DNA from: an uncultured Dehalococcoidales bacterium
GTDB lineage: Bacteria > Chloroflexota > Dehalococcoidia > GIF9 > UBA5629
Direction of reading: 5' to 3'
Assembly (NCBI GenBank): GCA_964509615.1
Contig: CAZDXZ010000002.1
Span: 1 to 49,904, forward strand
Length of the DNA: 49,904 nucleotides
The notes under the pieces were generated by a model. That model saw nothing but the letters and a program-made list of their open reading frames with translations, did not search any database and was not told where the DNA came from. Of this stretch, positions 9,049-18,557 are shown in pieces. Both the position numbers and the translations under genes were made by a program. How positions within the stretch are numbered: the stretch's first letter is position 1; the number at the start of each line of letters is the position of its first letter.

Positions 9049-9581
9049 TCGACAGGAGTCATCGAAAGGTACTTCAACAGACCGGCAATGCTCTTGGCAT
9101 CACAGATCTCGCCTCTGTCGATCATGCCGGCGATATCCTTAATCGGCACTTTGACTACCTCTATTTCATCCGTATCCTCGGCCACCAGGCGGCTTTCCTC
9201 CAGCTCAGCGGCCAGGAAAACATGTATGAATTCCGTGCAGTAGCCCGGCGCCGGGTAGAATCCGCCCAGTCTGGCAATCCTGCGTGGAAGGCAGCCTATC
9301 TCCTCCTGTAATTCGCGTTTGACGCACTCATCCGGGCTCTCGCCATCCTCCATAACTCCGGCGGGGATCTCCAGCAGGTCTTTGCCTGTGGGAACCCTGA
9401 ACTGGCGCACCATCAAAACGTTACCGCGCCCATCGGGCACCACGGCGGCGATGGCATCCCTGTGCTGTACGATCTCGCGAACAACGACTTCGCCTTTGCT
9501 TTTCTCAACTGTGCTCTGGATCAGCTTGACCGCCCGGCCTTCGAAGATCGTTTTTGAGGAGAGTAACTTCTCCCTGCTCAC
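9033..9581 (-). CDS. NUDIX hydrolase (ADP-ribose pyrophosphatase-like)
   Basis: Nudix box GVMEDGESPDECVKRELQEEIG. The track start 9659 would overlap the GNAT gene by 82 nt. The GTG at 9581 overlaps the GNAT stop as GTGA and is preferred. Confidence 0.75.
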   Translation of the reverse strand: MSREKLLSSKTIFEGRAVKLIQSTVEKSKGEVVVREIVQHRDAIAAVVPDGRGNVLMVRQFRVPTGKDLLEIPAGVMEDGESPDECVKRELQEEIGCLPRRIARLGGFYPAPGYCTEFIHVFLAAELEESRLVAEDTDEIEVVKVPIKDIAGMIDRGEICDAKSIAGLLKYLSMTPVDQANL

Positions 9582-10045
9582 GGGTTCACCGTTAAATCCA
9601 GCACAAGTGCCACCTCGTCGCAGTCCGGAAATTTGGGGCAGCTGTAGCACTCCGCCCATATTTTTCGCGGCAGTTCCGTTTTCTCAACCAGTTTGAAACC
9701 CTGTTTCTGAAAAAAGCCGGGCTTATATGTCAGGCAAAATACACGCGGAATGCCCAGCGACTTCGCTTCCTGCATACAGGCCTTGATGAGCGCCGCTCCC
9801 ATGCCCTTCTTATGCTTGTTCTCGTGCACGGCCAGCGCCTTGACCTCGGCCAGGTCGGCCCAGCTAATATGCAGGGCGACACAGGCCACGACAGTGCCGC
9901 CGCTGTCTCGTATAACAAAGAAGTCCCGCAGGTTCTCATACATCTCGCTGAGGGCGCGGGGCAGCATTTCACCCTTGCCGGCAAATTTATTGACCAGCTC
10001 GTGCATCTTTTTTACATCGCCTATAGTGGCTTTCTCAACTTTCAT
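9578..10045 (-). CDS. GNAT-family N-acetyltransferase (short ArgA-like amino-acid acetyltransferase type)
   Basis: 155 aa. Acetyl-CoA motif LAVHENKHKKGMGAALI. The start overlaps the nadK stop (ATGA). Confidence 0.8.
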   Translation of the reverse strand: MKVEKATIGDVKKMHELVNKFAGKGEMLPRALSEMYENLRDFFVIRDSGGTVVACVALHISWADLAEVKALAVHENKHKKGMGAALIKACMQEAKSLGIPRVFCLTYKPGFFQKQGFKLVEKTELPRKIWAECYSCPKFPDCDEVALVLDLTVNP

Positions 10046-10884
10046 AATGACTTTCCTTTCAACTTGGATACCAGGGTACTGTAGAAGCTGCCTCTGGGCC
10101 TCAGGCGCAGAAAGCGCGAGGTCTGCTCAGCCAGGCACACTTCGACCTGATCACCGCTTTTCAACAGTTCCTCCACCTGCCCGTCCATGCTTATCATCGC
10201 CTCGTGATTGGTGAAAGCTTTAAGCGTGATCCCGGTGGACGGAGCGAGCACGATGGCCTTATCCATATTCAAGTGAGGACAGACAGCTTTAAGCATAATA
10301 TCATGGGACTCGGGATAAAATATGGGACCGTTGGCAGCCAGGGAGTAGCCCGTGCTGCCCGTGGCTGTGGATACTATGACGGCATCGGCCCGGTACGTGG
10401 TGAACACCTCTCCGTTTATAGCTACTTCGACGTTGATCAGGCGCATAAACCTGCCCCTGCCCACCACTACATCGTTGAGGGCATGGTAGATTTTACCGGA
10501 TGACAGGATCACAGCCTTCAGAACCGACCTCTGCTCGATCCAGCCCGCGCCACCGATGATCTCCACAAGCTTGTCACGCGCTTCGCCCGCCTCGAGCTCA
10601 TTCATAAATCCCAGATTGCCGAAATTCACACCCAGCACAGGTATTTCCTGAGGATAGATAATCCTTGCTGCGCGCAGTATAGTGCCGTCGCCCCCAACGC
10701 TGATGACAAGGTCGGACCCGGCCAGCGCCTTCCTGGCTTCGCCCTCATCCCATGACGAGTGAATCCAGCAGCTCAGGCCTTTGGACTTGAGAAATTCCGC
10801 GATATCGCGGGCGAAACGCTCGGATTTCTCAACCTTGGGGTGAAATAAAATCCCTATTCTTTTCACAGTGCAGCAGACTATCAC
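10042..10884 (-). CDS. nadK: NAD(+) kinase
   Basis: 280 aa. DLVISVGGDGTILRAAR, LGVNFGNLGFM, STATGSTGYSLAANGP motifs. GTG start. Confidence 0.9.
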   Translation of the reverse strand: MIVCCTVKRIGILFHPKVEKSERFARDIAEFLKSKGLSCWIHSSWDEGEARKALAGSDLVISVGGDGTILRAARIIYPQEIPVLGVNFGNLGFMNELEAGEARDKLVEIIGGAGWIEQRSVLKAVILSSGKIYHALNDVVVGRGRFMRLINVEVAINGEVFTTYRADAVIVSTATGSTGYSLAANGPIFYPESHDIMLKAVCPHLNMDKAIVLAPSTGITLKAFTNHEAMISMDGQVEELLKSGDQVEVCLAEQTSRFLRLRPRGSFYSTLVSKLKGKSL

Positions 10885-10998
10885 ATGCTTCCGGCAGTGT
10901 CAAATATGACGGAGCATATGTGGCAGGTTGGCGGGAGAGTAAATACAACCGATGATGCAGCGATAACGGAGATAGCGTCCGGCAGGCGCCAGGTCAAA

Positions 10999-12468
10999 CT
11001 ATATGCCGAACAGTGCAGAGGCGCCCTGTGTCAGTGCGATGAAGGCGCCGGGAAGAACACCGATGATAACAACGGGAATGCAGCACAGCGCTATGGCCAG
11101 CCACTCCGGCCAGGATGATGTCACCTTATCCTCAGAGGCCGGCTCACCCATCCACATCACTTTAACCACCCGGAAATAATAGTAGGCCGAGATACAGCTG
11201 TTGATTACGGCAATGATAACCAGCCACAGAAGGCCCTGATTAACGGCGCCGCTGAATATATAGATCTTGGCGATCAGTCCAGCCGTGGGGGGAAGGCCCG
11301 TTAAAGATACCATGCAGAGGGTCAGGGCCAGCGCCATCAGGGGCGCCCTCTTTCCCATACCGGTATAATCATCTATTTGATCGCTGTTGATCTTATTGGA
11401 GATAGCGATTATGGCTATAAAGGCCCCCAGATTGGTCAATGTATAGCTGAGAAGGAAGAAGAGCAGGCCGCTGCGTACCGTGTCCGATACCTGCGGTCCC
11501 ATGCCCATCGCGGCCAGACCGACCATCAGATATCCTGCCTGTGCTATGCTGGAATACCCCAGCATTCTCTTGATATTGGTCTGCAGAAGCGCAGTGACAT
11601 TTCCGACCGTCATGGTTATCGCAGCCAGCACCGCGATGATCATGGCCCAGTCAGTATGCAGCCATTCAGGCATGCCGAAAGCTGTTAGAAGGATACGTGA
11701 TATGACGGCGAATCCAGCCGCCTTGCTGGCGACCGAAAGGTAAGCCGTCACCGGGGTCGGTGCGCCCTCGTATACATCCGGCACCCACATCTGGAATGGT
11801 ACGCTTGCGATCTTGAATCCGAATCCCGCCACCACCAGCACAAGTCCCACCAGCAGGGCCGGCGTGCCCAGCAGCTTAGCTACAGGCATGCCTTTGACGC
11901 TGTCTGCGATACAGGTCAGGCAGGTATTGCCCGTAAGCCCGAACACCAGCGCCATGCCGTAAAGCAGTATGGCCGAGGCTACCGATCCGAGAATCAGATA
12001 CTTTAATCCGGCTTCGCTGGATTTCTTATCCTTGAGGAAACTGACGAGCACGTAAAGGGATATGCTGCTCAGTTCCAGCGCAACGAAAATCGTAATGAGG
12101 TTGATGGCTGACACGAGCAACATCAGACCGATGGCGGAAAGCATAAGCAGGGAGTAGAACTCGCCCTGGAACTTTTCAAACTTGGAGACGTATCCGCTGG
12201 ATGCCAGTATGACCAGCGTGGTCGCAGCCAGAATGAGGAGCTTGAAGAACAGGCCGAATGGATCGATCGCGATGGTGCGGTAGAAGGCTTCAACAGGCTG
12301 ACCGTTCCACAGCATCAGCACAAAGAAAGCCGATACCAGCGTCCCGGCCACCGCCAGGACGGCCAGCGCCCTCTTATTGGAGATGAAAAGGTCTACTATG
12401 ATAATAAGCAGGGCGAAGCAGAGCAGGCTCAACTCCGGCGCTATATATTTAATCTGATCCATTATCAT
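10999..12468 (-). CDS. nuoN: NADH-quinone oxidoreductase subunit N
   Basis: 489 aa polytopic antiporter-like subunit. FQMWVPDVYEGAPTPVTAYLS motif. Last gene of the nuo operon. Confidence 0.9.
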   Translation of the reverse strand: MIMDQIKYIAPELSLLCFALLIIIVDLFISNKRALAVLAVAGTLVSAFFVLMLWNGQPVEAFYRTIAIDPFGLFFKLLILAATTLVILASSGYVSKFEKFQGEFYSLLMLSAIGLMLLVSAINLITIFVALELSSISLYVLVSFLKDKKSSEAGLKYLILGSVASAILLYGMALVFGLTGNTCLTCIADSVKGMPVAKLLGTPALLVGLVLVVAGFGFKIASVPFQMWVPDVYEGAPTPVTAYLSVASKAAGFAVISRILLTAFGMPEWLHTDWAMIIAVLAAITMTVGNVTALLQTNIKRMLGYSSIAQAGYLMVGLAAMGMGPQVSDTVRSGLLFFLLSYTLTNLGAFIAIIAISNKINSDQIDDYTGMGKRAPLMALALTLCMVSLTGLPPTAGLIAKIYIFSGAVNQGLLWLVIIAVINSCISAYYYFRVVKVMWMGEPASEDKVTSSWPEWLAIALCCIPVVIIGVLPGAFIALTQGASALFGI

Positions 12469-12497
12469 CTGTTTAAACCTTCCGCAAGGCTATAAAT

Positions 12498-13991
12498 TTA
12501 CATACCTATCAGCTTCGCGATAGGTGCTATCCCCATATATATTACGTTGGTCAGCATGGCAGGGTAGATACCTACAGCCATGATTACAGCTACGAACGAG
12601 AATGTGCTTATCATCTCGACTGTATCCGCGTCGCCCACGCCGTTATATTTATCCAGCGGATACTGGTAGAAGACTCTCTGCAGCATCCAGAGGATATAGC
12701 CCGAGGTGATGACAATGCCAAGCACCGCTATCAGCGTGAATACCGGCATGCCGGCAACCACCGTGCTGGCGAAGCTTCCGGCGAACGTTATAAACTCGGC
12801 GGCGAATCCGGCGGTGCCCGGCAGCCCCAGTGAAGCCAGTCCGGCGATGCTGAAAACAACGACTATAATCGGCATCTGGCGCGCCAGTCCGCTCAGGTTA
12901 TTCAGGTCGCGCGTGTGGGTCTTATCGTAGACCAGACCCACCATGGCGAAGAGCAGGCCTGTAATCACACCATGGCTGAACATCTGAAGGCTGGCGCCCA
13001 CCAGACTGACTTGATCGAGCGCAAAGATGCCGAGCAGCACATAGCCCATATGGCTTACGCTGCTGTAGGCGATGAGCCTCTTCAGATCGGTCTGCCTGAT
13101 GGTAACTGCGGCGCCATATATCACACCGATGACAGCCAGCGTGAGCATGAAGGGAGCATACTGAACCGCCACCTGCGGCAGCATACTGACACACAGGCGG
13201 ATCATGCCGTAGCCGCCCATTTTAAGCAACGCCCCCGCCAGGATGACGCTGGCAGCCGTCGGTGCATTGGTATGAGCATCCGGCAGCCATGTGTGCAGCG
13301 GAAAAACCGGCAGCTTGATGGCGAACCCGACTATCAGCAGGAAGAAGAGCGCCGTCAGGGGAATAAATGAAGAGGTAATCTTAATGCCGGCCAGGGCCGT
13401 CATATCAAAGGTATGCGTGATGAAGTATACGCAGAGTATACCCGACAGCATGAATGCGCTGCCTACCAGTGTATAGATAAGGTACTTGTATGCTGCATAC
13501 TCCTTCCGCCCGCTTCCCCAGACGGAGATGAGGAAGAACATGGGAATGAGCTCCAGCTCCCAGAAAAGGAAGAACAGGATGAGATCGAGCGAGCAGAACA
13601 CGCCCAGTATGCTGCTCTCCAGCATCAGTATCCAGACGAAATACTGCTTCGGCTTGAGCTGTATTTTCCACGAGACCAGTACCGATACCACGCCCAGGAA
13701 GGTCATTAGAATGACCAGGGGCAGGCTCAGGCCATCTACTCCCAGGTAATAGAACGAGTTGATGGCTGGTATCCAGGATATCTTTTCGACGAACTGCATC
13801 TGCCCGATAGCGGAAGCCGACCTGTCGAACATTATAAATACCGCGATGGAGAGAACAAATGAGGCCATGGCTGCAACTAGCGCAATCCACTTGACCGTCT
13901 TCTGGCTCGGTCTCGGTATAAGGGCAATGACGATCAAACCGATAACCGGCAGAAAAATGATCCAGCTCAACAAATTCAGATTCAAAGCCAT
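12498..13991 (-). CDS. nuoM: NADH-quinone oxidoreductase subunit M
   Basis: 497 aa. LHTWLPDAHTNAPTAASVILAG motif. Position between nuoL and nuoN. Confidence 0.9.
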   Translation of the reverse strand: MALNLNLLSWIIFLPVIGLIVIALIPRPSQKTVKWIALVAAMASFVLSIAVFIMFDRSASAIGQMQFVEKISWIPAINSFYYLGVDGLSLPLVILMTFLGVVSVLVSWKIQLKPKQYFVWILMLESSILGVFCSLDLILFFLFWELELIPMFFLISVWGSGRKEYAAYKYLIYTLVGSAFMLSGILCVYFITHTFDMTALAGIKITSSFIPLTALFFLLIVGFAIKLPVFPLHTWLPDAHTNAPTAASVILAGALLKMGGYGMIRLCVSMLPQVAVQYAPFMLTLAVIGVIYGAAVTIRQTDLKRLIAYSSVSHMGYVLLGIFALDQVSLVGASLQMFSHGVITGLLFAMVGLVYDKTHTRDLNNLSGLARQMPIIVVVFSIAGLASLGLPGTAGFAAEFITFAGSFASTVVAGMPVFTLIAVLGIVITSGYILWMLQRVFYQYPLDKYNGVGDADTVEMISTFSFVAVIMAVGIYPAMLTNVIYMGIAPIAKLIGM

Positions 13992-13996
13992 TTACC

Positions 13997-15919
13997 TCAG
14001 CTGAATAAATATAAACAGGCTACTATGGCAATAGCGCCAATGGCAATAGATATTACGTATAGCTGCGTCTGCCCGGTCTGCATTTTACGCAGAACTCCAC
14101 CGGCAGCCGCAGTGCCCTGGGCGGCTCCGTTAACCGTGCCATCCACTACGCTCGAATCGAACATCGCCATCCACTTGAAAATGCCGTTGTATAAGATGGT
14201 TTTGACGATGACGTTCTCGTAAAGCTCGTCCATCCAGTACTTGCGTGATAGCATTATGTAAATAGGTTTGCATGCATTTCCTATCTTTTCAGGCGAGATC
14301 CACTTCGCACAGTACATGGCATATGCCACAAAAATACCGAACAGGGCAACCGCCAGCGAAATCATCGGCAATGGATGCGTGAAAGGTCCAAAGAAGCCCG
14401 CAATAAAGCTGACTTCATGCGCCTCACCCTCGCCCATGAACTGGTTAAAAAGTCCCGTGACATTGAACCACCCGGCGCAGACGGCAAGAACGGCAAGTAT
14501 GACCAGCGGGATAACCATGGTCATAGGAGATTCGTGCGGTCCGTGAGAGTGCGCATCGCCATGACCGCCGTGCTCCGGCACTGCGCCGCCCCTGTATTTG
14601 CCATGGAAGGTCATGAATACGGCGCGGAACATGTAAAAGGCGGTCATGAAAACGGTTAGGATGATCAAAATAAAGAGTGCGGGTTGCTTATCAAATATCG
14701 AGATTATAATCTCATCCTTGCTCCAGAATCCGGCCAGCGGCCATATACCGGCCAGGCTGAGCGCGCCGATGACAAATGTAACGTAGGTCCAGGGCATGGC
14801 TTTTCTCAGCCCGCCCATCAATCTCATGTCGAAGGTGCCGCTGCCGTGGTTGACGCTGCCGGAACCCAGGAACAGCAGTGCCTTGAAGAAGGCGTGTGTG
14901 AAAAGATGGAAGATGCCTATCGCTACACTGCCAACTCCCAGGCCGACCATCATGAATCCCAGCTGGCTGATGGTGGAATAAGCCAGCACGCGTTTGATAT
15001 CGTTCATTACCAAGCCCATGCTGGCGGCAAATATGGCTGTGAAAGATCCGATGATGGCTACAGTCAGCATGGCCTCATGAGAGTGTTCGAAGAGAGGGTA
15101 AAAGCGGGCTACCAGGAAGACACCCGCCGCTACCATGGTAGCGGCATGTATCAGGGCGCTCACCGGAGTGGGGCCCTCCATGGCGTCAGGCAGCCACACA
15201 TGCAGCGGGAACTGCGCCGATTTGCCCGCCGCTCCCGAGAAAATGCCTATGGCCACCCAGGTCAGCGTGGTCCCGGCCAGGGCGCCGGTCGCTACGATTT
15301 TGTATAACGATTCTGTATCGAAGGTACCCGTTTGCGCATACAGCACCAGTATCGCCGCCAGAAAGCCGAAGTCGCCCAGGCGGGTCACGATAAATGCTTT
15401 CTTGGCTGCATTGGCTGCTGAGGGCTTGTGGAACCAGAACCCGATCAGTAGGTATGATCCGAGTCCCACTCCCTCCCAGAAAACGAACATAAATAAAATG
15501 TTGTCCGCCAGCACCAGGCCCAGCATGCAGGCGGTGAAAAGGGACATGCAGGCGTAGTATCTGAGATACCCGGCATCGCCCTTCATATAGCCCTGGGAGT
15601 AAATCTGCACCATCAGGCTAACGAAGGTCACAACTATCACCATGACCGCGGTCAAAGAATCCACCAGGACGCCGATGTGTATGCTCAGGTTTCCTATCAA
15701 CGCCCATTCGATATCGTCCACGGGCAGCACATGTCCCGGCGCAGCTATAACCGCGCTCAGCAGCCACAGCGACAGCGCAAAGGATATGCCCACTGCGCCG
15801 ATGGTGACGTATCCTCCGATCAACGGCTTTTTGTTCAGGAACGGCCTGAGTACAAGCCCGATCAGCAGGAAGGATATAAACGGTATTAAGAAAATAAGCC
15901 AGGGAACCTGTGTCGGCAT
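13997..15919 (-). CDS. nuoL: NADH-quinone oxidoreductase subunit L
   Basis: 640 aa. LHVWLPDAMEGPTPVSALIHAATMV motif plus a long C-terminal extension typical of the NuoL lateral helix. Confidence 0.9.
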   Translation of the reverse strand: MPTQVPWLIFLIPFISFLLIGLVLRPFLNKKPLIGGYVTIGAVGISFALSLWLLSAVIAAPGHVLPVDDIEWALIGNLSIHIGVLVDSLTAVMVIVVTFVSLMVQIYSQGYMKGDAGYLRYYACMSLFTACMLGLVLADNILFMFVFWEGVGLGSYLLIGFWFHKPSAANAAKKAFIVTRLGDFGFLAAILVLYAQTGTFDTESLYKIVATGALAGTTLTWVAIGIFSGAAGKSAQFPLHVWLPDAMEGPTPVSALIHAATMVAAGVFLVARFYPLFEHSHEAMLTVAIIGSFTAIFAASMGLVMNDIKRVLAYSTISQLGFMMVGLGVGSVAIGIFHLFTHAFFKALLFLGSGSVNHGSGTFDMRLMGGLRKAMPWTYVTFVIGALSLAGIWPLAGFWSKDEIIISIFDKQPALFILIILTVFMTAFYMFRAVFMTFHGKYRGGAVPEHGGHGDAHSHGPHESPMTMVIPLVILAVLAVCAGWFNVTGLFNQFMGEGEAHEVSFIAGFFGPFTHPLPMISLAVALFGIFVAYAMYCAKWISPEKIGNACKPIYIMLSRKYWMDELYENVIVKTILYNGIFKWMAMFDSSVVDGTVNGAAQGTAAAGGVLRKMQTGQTQLYVISIAIGAIAIVACLYLFS

Positions 15920-16113
15920 TATAGTTTCCTTAAGACCTCCTCGACGACGTGTACCCGTTCCCTGGATACGTATATCCTGTACGGGACCGATTCGCTGATC
16001 TCCAGCTTATCGGAATCGGGCAGCAGCCTGGTGGGGATACCTTCACCTTCGAAGAACTCCTTCCACATCTCGGCTATCATCAGATTCGGCGCGCTTTTAA
16101 CTTGAACCCACAT
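15919..16113 (-). CDS. small DUF2007-like protein (putative signal-transducing, PII-like beta-alpha-beta fold) embedded in the nuo operon
   Basis: 64 aa. The pattern V..APNLMIAEMWKEFFEGEGIPTRLL....YRIYVSRERVHVVEEVL matches DUF2007-type proteins (xxEAxxxxxxLExxGIP...V.V...d...A..iL). The ATG lies 4 nt after the nuoK stop, and its stop overlaps the nuoL ATG (TAATG). Confidence 0.55.
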   Translation of the reverse strand: MWVQVKSAPNLMIAEMWKEFFEGEGIPTRLLPDSDKLEISESVPYRIYVSRERVHVVEEVLRKL

Positions 16114-16117
16114 ATCC

Positions 16118-16435
16118 TTACCATTTCAGGATATTGAAATTCTCAATATCCACGCTTTCTCGGTTCCGGTAAACGGTAAATACTATGGCGATGCCGACAG
16201 CTACCTCGGCCGCGGCCACCACCATGACAAAGATGGCAAATATCTGGCCGGTTAAAGTCACCGGCGCTATATATTGCGAGAAGGCTATCAGAGCGATGTT
16301 GACGGCATTGAGCATGATTTCCAGACACATAATAACCTTGATCACATTTCGCTGCGTGAGCACTCCGAAGAGGCCGATGCAGAAGAGCACCGCCGATAGT
16401 ATCAGGTACTGGTCCAATCCTACGTTAAACATCAT
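16118..16435 (-). CDS. nuoK: NADH-quinone oxidoreductase subunit K
   Basis: 105 aa, three TM helices. Position and size typical of NuoK. Overlaps the nuoJ stop. Confidence 0.85.
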   Translation of the reverse strand: MMFNVGLDQYLILSAVLFCIGLFGVLTQRNVIKVIMCLEIMLNAVNIALIAFSQYIAPVTLTGQIFAIFVMVVAAAEVAVGIAIVFTVYRNRESVDIENFNILKW

Positions 16436-16917
16436 TTCTCCCTGATCACCGCGATTGCTCCGAGTATGGCCGAAAGAAGCATTATGACCGCTATTTCCAT
16501 GGTCAGCAGATAACCGCTGTCGCCGAACAGCGCCTTCCCCAACGGTTTGACGGTTTCCTGGAGGGGGGCAGTGTCCGGGAAGACGAATGCAGTATTAATT
16601 ATCCCGAAAACCACAACTCCCAGCAGCAGTACCGCCACAAGAGCTGCCGGGTATTTTAGACTGCCCAGGGGAGGCCCCTGTCTCGCATCCCTGGTAAGCA
16701 TGATGGCAACGATAATCAATATAGAGATAGCCCCCACATATACCAGGATCTGCACAATGGCCAGGAAATCTGCGTGCAGCAGAAGGTAAATGCCGGCAAC
16801 CGTCATGAAAAGCAGTATCAGGCACAGCGCTGCGCGAAAGATATCGCGCACCATTATCACGGCGATTGCAGATGCCACCGCGATAATTGCCAGCAGCGCA
16901 AATACTAACTCAAGCAC
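16432..16917 (-). CDS. nuoJ: NADH-quinone oxidoreductase subunit J
   Basis: 161 aa, five hydrophobic helices. Position between nuoI and nuoK. Confidence 0.8.
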   Translation of the reverse strand: MLELVFALLAIIAVASAIAVIMVRDIFRAALCLILLFMTVAGIYLLLHADFLAIVQILVYVGAISILIIVAIMLTRDARQGPPLGSLKYPAALVAVLLLGVVVFGIINTAFVFPDTAPLQETVKPLGKALFGDSGYLLTMEIAVIMLLSAILGAIAVIREK

Positions 16918-17464
16918 CGGGCCCCCTCTTTCGTTTGCTTAACGGCAGGAATTTCAGCTTCTGGCCGCCCTCGTCTCGATCATATAGCAGCAGGCTCTGC
17001 TCGGGCAGCTGCCCGTCAAACTGCGGCCTGTAGTACGCGCTGGGCTTATGGCTGTCGGAGACAGCCAGCTTCTCTTTGCTCATAACTAAATCCGCGCGGC
17101 GGTACTTGGCGCATTCGTAATTCACTCCCATGGCCAGCGCGTTGTAGGGGCAGGATTCCACGCAGAGTCCGCAGAAGATGCAGCGTCCCGTGTCGACCTC
17201 GAACTTATCCACGATGAATTTGCTTTCCTCTCCCCTATGTGTTGCCAGAATAATATTCCCCTGCAGGCAGGCCTTGGTGCACGTTCCGCAGCCGGTGCAT
17301 TTGTCCGGGAACCAGACCAGCTCATTGCCGCGCGTCCTGCGCGATATATTCAGTTTCTCATCAGGATACTGGACCGTTATAGGCGACCTGAACAGATGTT
17401 TGAAGGTCAATGCCATGCCCTTGACGATACCGATACCGTAATGCTCAAACTTCAACCCTGCCAC
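16910..17464 (-). CDS. nuoI: NADH-quinone oxidoreductase subunit I (2x[4Fe-4S])
   Basis: CTGCGTCTKAC and CIFCGLCVESCP ferredoxin-type motifs. The FKHLF N-terminal region is typical of NuoI. Confidence 0.9.
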   Translation of the reverse strand: MAGLKFEHYGIGIVKGMALTFKHLFRSPITVQYPDEKLNISRRTRGNELVWFPDKCTGCGTCTKACLQGNIILATHRGEESKFIVDKFEVDTGRCIFCGLCVESCPYNALAMGVNYECAKYRRADLVMSKEKLAVSDSHKPSAYYRPQFDGQLPEQSLLLYDRDEGGQKLKFLPLSKRKRGPGA

Positions 17465-18557
17465 CTCCTAAGGTGAACAGTTTGGACCACAGCAGGATGA
17501 GCGCGCCGGCAAATCCGAAATTCAAAATGAGCATCACCCATTGCAGGGAGGCCGGGATCAACAGCACTTCAATGGCTATGATGACCAAATTAATCACCGC
17601 CATGGGCAGCATGGCCTTCCAGGCGAATGCCATTAACTGGTCAACACGGAACCTGGGCAGAGTTGAGCGGATCCATACGATGACGCTGAAGACCAGCATG
17701 ACTTTGATCAGTATCCAGATAATAGGTGGCAGCAAAGGTCCCTGCCATCCGCTCAGGAATAGTGTGGTGATGATGCAGGAGTAAGCCAGGGCCACTCCAT
17801 ATTCACCCAGGTAAAACATGGCAAATTTCATGCCGGAATATTCGATATGGTAGCCGGCCACTATCTCGGAATCTGCTTCCAGCAGATCGAAGGGCGACCG
17901 GTTCATCTCAGCCAGGGAACCAAGGAAGAAGATAAGGAAACCCAGCGGCTGTAACAATATAAACGGTATGCTCTGCGCCTCGACTATCTTGAGCATGGAG
18001 AACGAACCTGCCACCAGAGCGACGCCGACGAGAGACAGCACGACCGGTATCTCGTAGCTGACCATCTGGGCGATGCTGCGCATGCCGGATATATACGAGT
18101 ACTTGTTGCCCGATGCCCAGGCTGCCATGAAAATACCGATCACCGATATCGAGCTGATGGCAATGACATAGATGATGCCTACGTTCAGATCCACCAGGAT
18201 AGCGCCTGCTCCAAACGGTATAACCGCAAAAATCAGCAGTATCGGCACAAACACGATGATGGGAGCGACAAAATGAATCAGTTTGTCGGCTTTCTCAGGT
18301 ACGATATCCTCTTTTAACAGTATCTTGATGGCCGTTGCGATGGGCTGGAGTATACCCTCGGGTCCGCAGCGGTTGGGTCCCAGCCGGATCTGGAACCGGC
18401 TGATCAGACGCCTTTCCCACCAGATAAAGACTATGACGACAGTGAGCACGAATATAATGATTATGAGTATGCCCACGATGGCCGGGGTGAGGTAGACAGC
18501 CCAATCGGGCCATCCCAGGCTCTTTAGCATCAACTGAAACTGGTCGAGCAGCGTCAT
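17445..18557 (-). CDS. nuoH: NADH-quinone oxidoreductase subunit H
   Basis: 370 aa polytopic. WWERRLISRFQIRLGPNRCGP and GYHIEYSGMKFAMFYLGEY motifs. Confidence 0.9.
   Translation of the reverse strand: MTLLDQFQLMLKSLGWPDWAVYLTPAIVGILIIIIFVLTVVIVFIWWERRLISRFQIRLGPNRCGPEGILQPIATAIKILLKEDIVPEKADKLIHFVAPIIVFVPILLIFAVIPFGAGAILVDLNVGIIYVIAISSISVIGIFMAAWASGNKYSYISGMRSIAQMVSYEIPVVLSLVGVALVAGSFSMLKIVEAQSIPFILLQPLGFLIFFLGSLAEMNRSPFDLLEADSEIVAGYHIEYSGMKFAMFYLGEYGVALAYSCIITTLFLSGWQGPLLPPIIWILIKVMLVFSVIVWIRSTLPRFRVDQLMAFAWKAMLPMAVINLVIIAIEVLLIPASLQWVMLILNFGFAGALILLWSKLFTLGGGRVEV

Noticed and set aside
13405-13890. 161-aa minus-strand ORF and several plus-strand ORFs of 80-200 aa across nuoL, nuoM and nuoN (for example 14684..15307 +)
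   Set aside because: They are alternate or antisense frames inside long, motif-supported antiporter-like subunit genes. The translations are His/Arg/Gly-rich and lack hydrophobic structure.
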